From positions 2,901-66,900 of the forward strand of contig DATIIV010000033.1 in NCBI GenBank assembly GCA_035479295.1: a DNA stretch of 64,000 bases, written 5' to 3'. The position numbers and the translations under genes are program-made. Source of the DNA: Candidatus Saccharimonadia bacterium (GTDB lineage: Bacteria; Patescibacteriota; Saccharimonadia; UBA4664). Positions 60,416 through 64,000 of this stretch are shown here, piece by piece. Below the pieces are notes generated by a model. The model was given only the letters and a program-made list of their open reading frames with translations. It was not told the origin of the DNA and searched no databases. Numbering within the stretch: the first letter of the stretch is position 1; the number at the start of each line of letters is the position of its first letter.

Positions 60416-61669
60416 CTAGCCACAGCCACTGGTAATCGGCGCGAACGTGGTTGAGTGCGCTGGGTCGCCCAGCACATTAGCCGTAGCCGTAATGGTATAC
60501 AGGCCGCTGGGCAAATGGGCTATGCGTATATATGAGCTATCGGTAGCCGTTCCGGGCCCGCTGAACGTCTGTTGAACCAGGGAATAGAGTGTGGCCCCAA
60601 TCGAGCTGGCGCTCGTAATGGTATAAACGACCTGCACGCTGCTGGCCGTGCCGGCACTAAAGGTGGCCTGGACATTCATCTCGCAATCGTTCACGAAGCC
60701 TGGGTCTTGGCGCTGATTGTCTATGAGACTGACAGGTGTAAGCGGGCTCGTCAAGAAAGACGTTCGTTGGGGCGATTGCAGCGGCTGTGGGCTGGCGCAG
60801 GTACTAAAGATAGCTGGGCTGGCGGTGACGCTAATGCTGGGATTGGCAGTATCGGTGATAGTAACACCAATGCGATAGCTGTCTCCGGGCTCCAGGCCTT
60901 GTAGTGGGTAAGCAGGGGGGTGGTCAGTTTGGCTGCCGGCGGCAGAGAAATTGTAGGGGTAGGGATTCTCTATACCGTTGTCGGTTTTAGTGCTGAGCTC
61001 CTCCCAGGTTACATTGACGCTACCACTACCATTGACGCTAAAGGTGACGTATTCGTTGAGGATGCAGTTATGGGCACCGCCGGGGGTGATGGTGGGTGCA
61101 AAATTGGTAATGTTAATGGCGGTCATTGGTCCGGGCGGCGGCGGAGTTGGGGCAGGTGTCGGGGCGGGCGTGGGCGCTGGTGTTGGTGAGGGCTTGGAAG
61201 TTGAGCCGCCCGAGCTGCCGGAACCGCCCGATTTTGTAGTGGTTTTCGTAGCCGGATTGGTAGTTTGGCCCTGCGTGGTTTGTTGCAATTGCGCCACCTG
61301 GGACTGGAGCGCCGTTGAGCCTGTGTCACCGATGCCCTGCAGTAAGGCCGCTGCCGCCGCCGGATTGTGCTGTTGCAACAGTTGTTGCGCTTGCGCCAGC
61401 TTTTGGGCGACCTGCTGAAAGTGCTGATTGCGCTGTTGTTCCGCTCGGATCTGTTGAGCAAGCCCAGGCCAAACGCCCAGCTGGTTAATGGACTGCAGCT
61501 GCTGGGCCGCGGTCACGTAATGTCCAGCCGTATCGAGCTGTTGAGCCGTGCGCAGCTTATGCGTGGCTTGATAGTTCTGGTATCCTAACCAACCGGCCAG
61601 GCCAAGGAGCACCATCATGAACGCCAAGAGGAGTTGCCATCGGCGCGTTTTTAGGGCAGTCAGGAGCAT
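60416..61669 (-). CDS. Hypothetical surface protein with Pro/Thr linker
   Basis: N-terminal TM, Gln-rich helices, GS/PTPAPTPAP linker, two beta-rich domains with Cys. Confidence 0.82.
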   Translation of the reverse strand: MLLTALKTRRWQLLLAFMMVLLGLAGWLGYQNYQATHKLRTAQQLDTAGHYVTAAQQLQSINQLGVWPGLAQQIRAEQQRNQHFQQVAQKLAQAQQLLQQHNPAAAAALLQGIGDTGSTALQSQVAQLQQTTQGQTTNPATKTTTKSGGSGSSGGSTSKPSPTPAPTPAPTPAPTPPPPGPMTAINITNFAPTITPGGAHNCILNEYVTFSVNGSGSVNVTWEELSTKTDNGIENPYPYNFSAAGSQTDHPPAYPLQGLEPGDSYRIGVTITDTANPSISVTASPAIFSTCASPQPLQSPQRTSFLTSPLTPVSLIDNQRQDPGFVNDCEMNVQATFSAGTASSVQVVYTITSASSIGATLYSLVQQTFSGPGTATDSSYIRIAHLPSGLYTITATANVLGDPAHSTTFAPITSGCG

Positions 61670-61868
61670 AAAGGCAGTCTCGCTAGGCGTTTTTATAATG
61701 CTTGGGTTAATTATAGCAGAATGATTAATCCCGGGGATTTTCCGCTCAGACGAAGTGGTGAATGGCCTGATTTATACCTGGAAACTGTAGCCACGAAAAG
61801 GCCGCCAAGGCCGGCGTCCGGGAAGAGCGCGGGGGCCTTGGCGGCGGTTGGAGCGGTGACCGGCGTCG

Positions 61869-62036
61869 TCAGCTGGCGGGCTGGTCGTCGGGGTCGGTCG
61901 CGGTGTCCGGCTGGTCGTCGGCCGGGGTCGCTCCAGCGGTTGTGCCCAGATTGGGCAGACCGCTGGCCTGAGCGGTCCGGCCGAGGAAGTTGAATAGAGT
62001 GTCCAGGACGTTGTCCGACTTGCCGGGGGTGCTCAT
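61869..62036 (-). CDS. Small acidic protein (55 aa, not in the ORF track)
   Basis: GGAGG SD; MSTPGKSDNVLDTLFNFLGR...PADDQPDTATDPDDQPAS*. Confidence 0.55.
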   Translation of the reverse strand: MSTPGKSDNVLDTLFNFLGRTAQASGLPNLGTTAGATPADDQPDTATDPDDQPAS

Positions 62037-62055
62037 CGATCCTCCAGGAGTGTCG

Positions 62056-62226
62056 TTACTTGCTGTCGCCAGGGATAATCCCCTGGCTTCTCAAGGCCTG
62101 TCTGAGAGAGGCAGCTACTCTGTCCTCCACATTGCGGAGGGCTACCGCATCCCTGACGTCTCGGTCGGTTGCCGCTAACAGGGCTTCGGCGCCGTCCACG
62201 ATATCGGCAGCGTCGTCGACAAACAT
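62056..62226 (-). CDS. Small hypothetical protein (56 aa)
   Basis: MFVDDAADIVDGAEALL...; co-oriented with the next small ORF. Confidence 0.45.
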   Translation of the reverse strand: MFVDDAADIVDGAEALLAATDRDVRDAVALRNVEDRVAASLRQALRSQGIIPGDSK

Positions 62227-62309
62227 GGGGCCTGGGCAGTGTGGGCGAAAATACGGCGCATCTGTCACGATTAATATTATAACAGATTTAACAAAGCAAT
62301 ACAATGCTC

Positions 62310-62336
62310 CTGGCACTCTTGATATACGAGTGCTAG
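62310..62336 (+). promoter_or_regulatory. CIRCE element
   Basis: CTGGCACTC-N9-GAGTGCTAG; TTGATA-17-CATAAT promoter. Confidence 0.88.
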
Positions 62337-62355
62337 CAAGGCATAATGGAGCGAG

Positions 62356-63471
62356 ATGGCAACCAAGCGTGATTATTATGAAGTTCTGGGAGTGAGCAAG
62401 TCAGCCTCGGCCGAGGAGATTAAGCGCGCCTATCGCAAGCTGGCCATGGAGCACCATCCGGATAAGCACGGCGGCGATGACGCCAAGTTTAAGGAGCTGG
62501 GCGAGGCCTACGAGGTGCTGAAGGATCAGCAGAAGCGGGCGGCCTACGATCAATTTGGCCATGCCGGTGCGCAGGGCAATCCGTTTGGCGGCGGAGCTGG
62601 TGGGCCGGGGGCCGGCGGTTTTGGGGGTGGCTTTGGCGGCGCTGAAGGCTTTGATTTTAGCGATATTCTCAATCAGTTTATGGGCGGCATGGGCGGTCAG
62701 CAGGCCGGCGGACACGGACCGGCGCGCGGACGCGACCTGGAGGTGCTGCTGACGATCGATTTTATGGAGGCGGTGACGGGCGTCGAGAAAGAAGTGACGT
62801 TATCGCTTGATGATACCTGCGAGCACTGCGGTGGCAATGGTGCCGAGCCGGGTTCTACCCTTAAAACCTGCGGTACCTGCAAGGGCCAGGGACAGATTCG
62901 GCGGGTGCAGCAGACGATTCTGGGCGCGATTCAGCAGGTGAGCACCTGCCCTACGTGTGATGGTCGGGGCAAGGTGCCCGAAAAAGTCTGCACCGTTTGC
63001 CATGGCAATGGTGTAATGCGGCGGCAGCGCACGCTGACGATTAAGGTGCCGGCGGGTATTGATGATGGGGCGACCATGCGGCTTGCCGGTAAGGGTGCCG
63101 CGCCCAAAGGCGGCGGAGCCAAGGGTGACCTGTATGTGCAGCTGCGCGTGCGGCCGGATCGTCGATTTGTGCGCCGCGGCCACGATATTTTGAGCGAGGC
63201 AACCGTGCCGATGGCGGCCGCAGCCCTTGGCACCGAGGTGTCGGTAGTGACGGTGGACGGGCCAGTTACGCTTAAGGTGCCAGCCGGAACGCAGTCGGGC
63301 AAGGTCTTTAAGCTCAGCGATCGCGGTATGCCCGATGTGCATGGGCGCGGCCGGGGCGATCACCTGGTGACGGTGGTGGTGGAGACGCCCACTAAATTAT
63401 CGGCTCGGCAGCGCGAATTGCTTGAGCAGTTCGCTCAAGAAGGCGGCAAAAAAGGTTTTTGGCACAAGTAG
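62356..63471 (+). CDS. dnaJ: Chaperone DnaJ
   Basis: J-domain HPD, G/F region, four CxxCxGxG repeats. Confidence 0.98.
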   Translation: MATKRDYYEVLGVSKSASAEEIKRAYRKLAMEHHPDKHGGDDAKFKELGEAYEVLKDQQKRAAYDQFGHAGAQGNPFGGGAGGPGAGGFGGGFGGAEGFDFSDILNQFMGGMGGQQAGGHGPARGRDLEVLLTIDFMEAVTGVEKEVTLSLDDTCEHCGGNGAEPGSTLKTCGTCKGQGQIRRVQQTILGAIQQVSTCPTCDGRGKVPEKVCTVCHGNGVMRRQRTLTIKVPAGIDDGATMRLAGKGAAPKGGGAKGDLYVQLRVRPDRRFVRRGHDILSEATVPMAAAALGTEVSVVTVDGPVTLKVPAGTQSGKVFKLSDRGMPDVHGRGRGDHLVTVVVETPTKLSARQRELLEQFAQEGGKKGFWHK

Positions 63472-63511
63472 TTCCAGCCCTGTAACATGAGGGCATAAGG
63501 GAGCGGGCCGC

Positions 63512-64000
63512 ATGAGATTACTGGTTTTGGGGGCGGCCGGCCGAACCGGTCAAGAAGTAGTAAGCCAAGCCTTGGCGCGCGGCCATGAGGTGGTGGCGTT
63601 TGTGCGCCGCTCAGATGTGGCGCTCGCGCCGCAGGAGCGGTTAACGATCGTGGTGGGCGACGCCGAGGACGAGGCAGCGGTCGCGCAGGCGGCGGCCGGG
63701 TGCGATGCGGTAGTGAGCGCGCTAGGCCATACCTCGGTGCGGCGTTCGTCGGCGCAGACTACGGCGGTGGCGGCTCTGGTCAAAGCCCTGCCAGCTGGCA
63801 CGCGCGTGATTAGCCTGACTGGCTTTGGCGTGCCCGACCCCAAGGATCCGTCGCTGCCGTGGACCGGCCGCCTCATGAATCTGGCTATTCGGTGGGTGCC
63901 CGGCGGCCTCTACCATGACGGCGCCGAGCACGCGCGCGTACTGCGCGAGAGTCAGCTGGACTGGACCCTGATCCGGGCGCCGCGCCTAAGCACCGCTCCC
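63512..64000 (+). CDS. NAD(P)H-binding (flavin reductase/NmrA-like) protein, 3' truncated by window edge
   Basis: MRLLVLGAAGRTGQEVVSQALARGHEV..DAVVSALG..LDWTLIRAP. Confidence 0.88.
   Translation, partial: MRLLVLGAAGRTGQEVVSQALARGHEVVAFVRRSDVALAPQERLTIVVGDAEDEAAVAQAAAGCDAVVSALGHTSVRRSSAQTTAVAALVKALPAGTRVISLTGFGVPDPKDPSLPWTGRLMNLAIRWVPGGLYHDGAEHARVLRESQLDWTLIRAPRLSTAP

Noticed and set aside
61130-61200. Tandem repeats encoding PTPAPTPAP
   Set aside because: An ordinary Pro/Thr linker, degenerate at DNA level.

Overview
This is a 64 kb window of a GC-rich bacterial chromosome, standard genetic code. The gene content suggests Patescibacteria/CPR, probably Saccharibacteria-like (inference from the short HrcA, the FemAB pair with Ddl and MurJ, the pilin and many small membrane hypotheticals). 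Housekeeping genes: lexA (partial), radC, tsaC, ftsH, murJ, ddl, lepA, and hrcA-grpE, dnaK and dnaJ, each under its own CIRCE. There are four tRNAs: Asn-GTT, Ile-TAT, fMet-CAT and Met-CAT. No rRNA, CRISPR array, transposase or integrase was seen. Main observations: (1) an atypical F-type ATPase operon (22.1-28.3 kb) in canonical E-F-H-A-G-D-C order but with no subunit a; the atpE slot holds a secreted beta-rich domain fused to a c-like hairpin lacking the ion-binding carboxylate, so it is a candidate ion-uncoupled rotary motor. (2) A ~620-nt ORF-poor, densely base-paired region with its own promoter and terminator (41.3-41.95 kb), a candidate novel large ncRNA. (3) A tandem array of small recombinase-less gene cassettes downstream of tRNA-Asn, separated by tRNA-3'-end-like sites. 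(4) A protein with two tandem sigma4 + alpha-CTD-like repeats. (5) A tRNA-Ile with a UAU anticodon. (6) An in-frame palindromic insertion in lepA. All functional calls come from motif recognition by eye; no searches were run.
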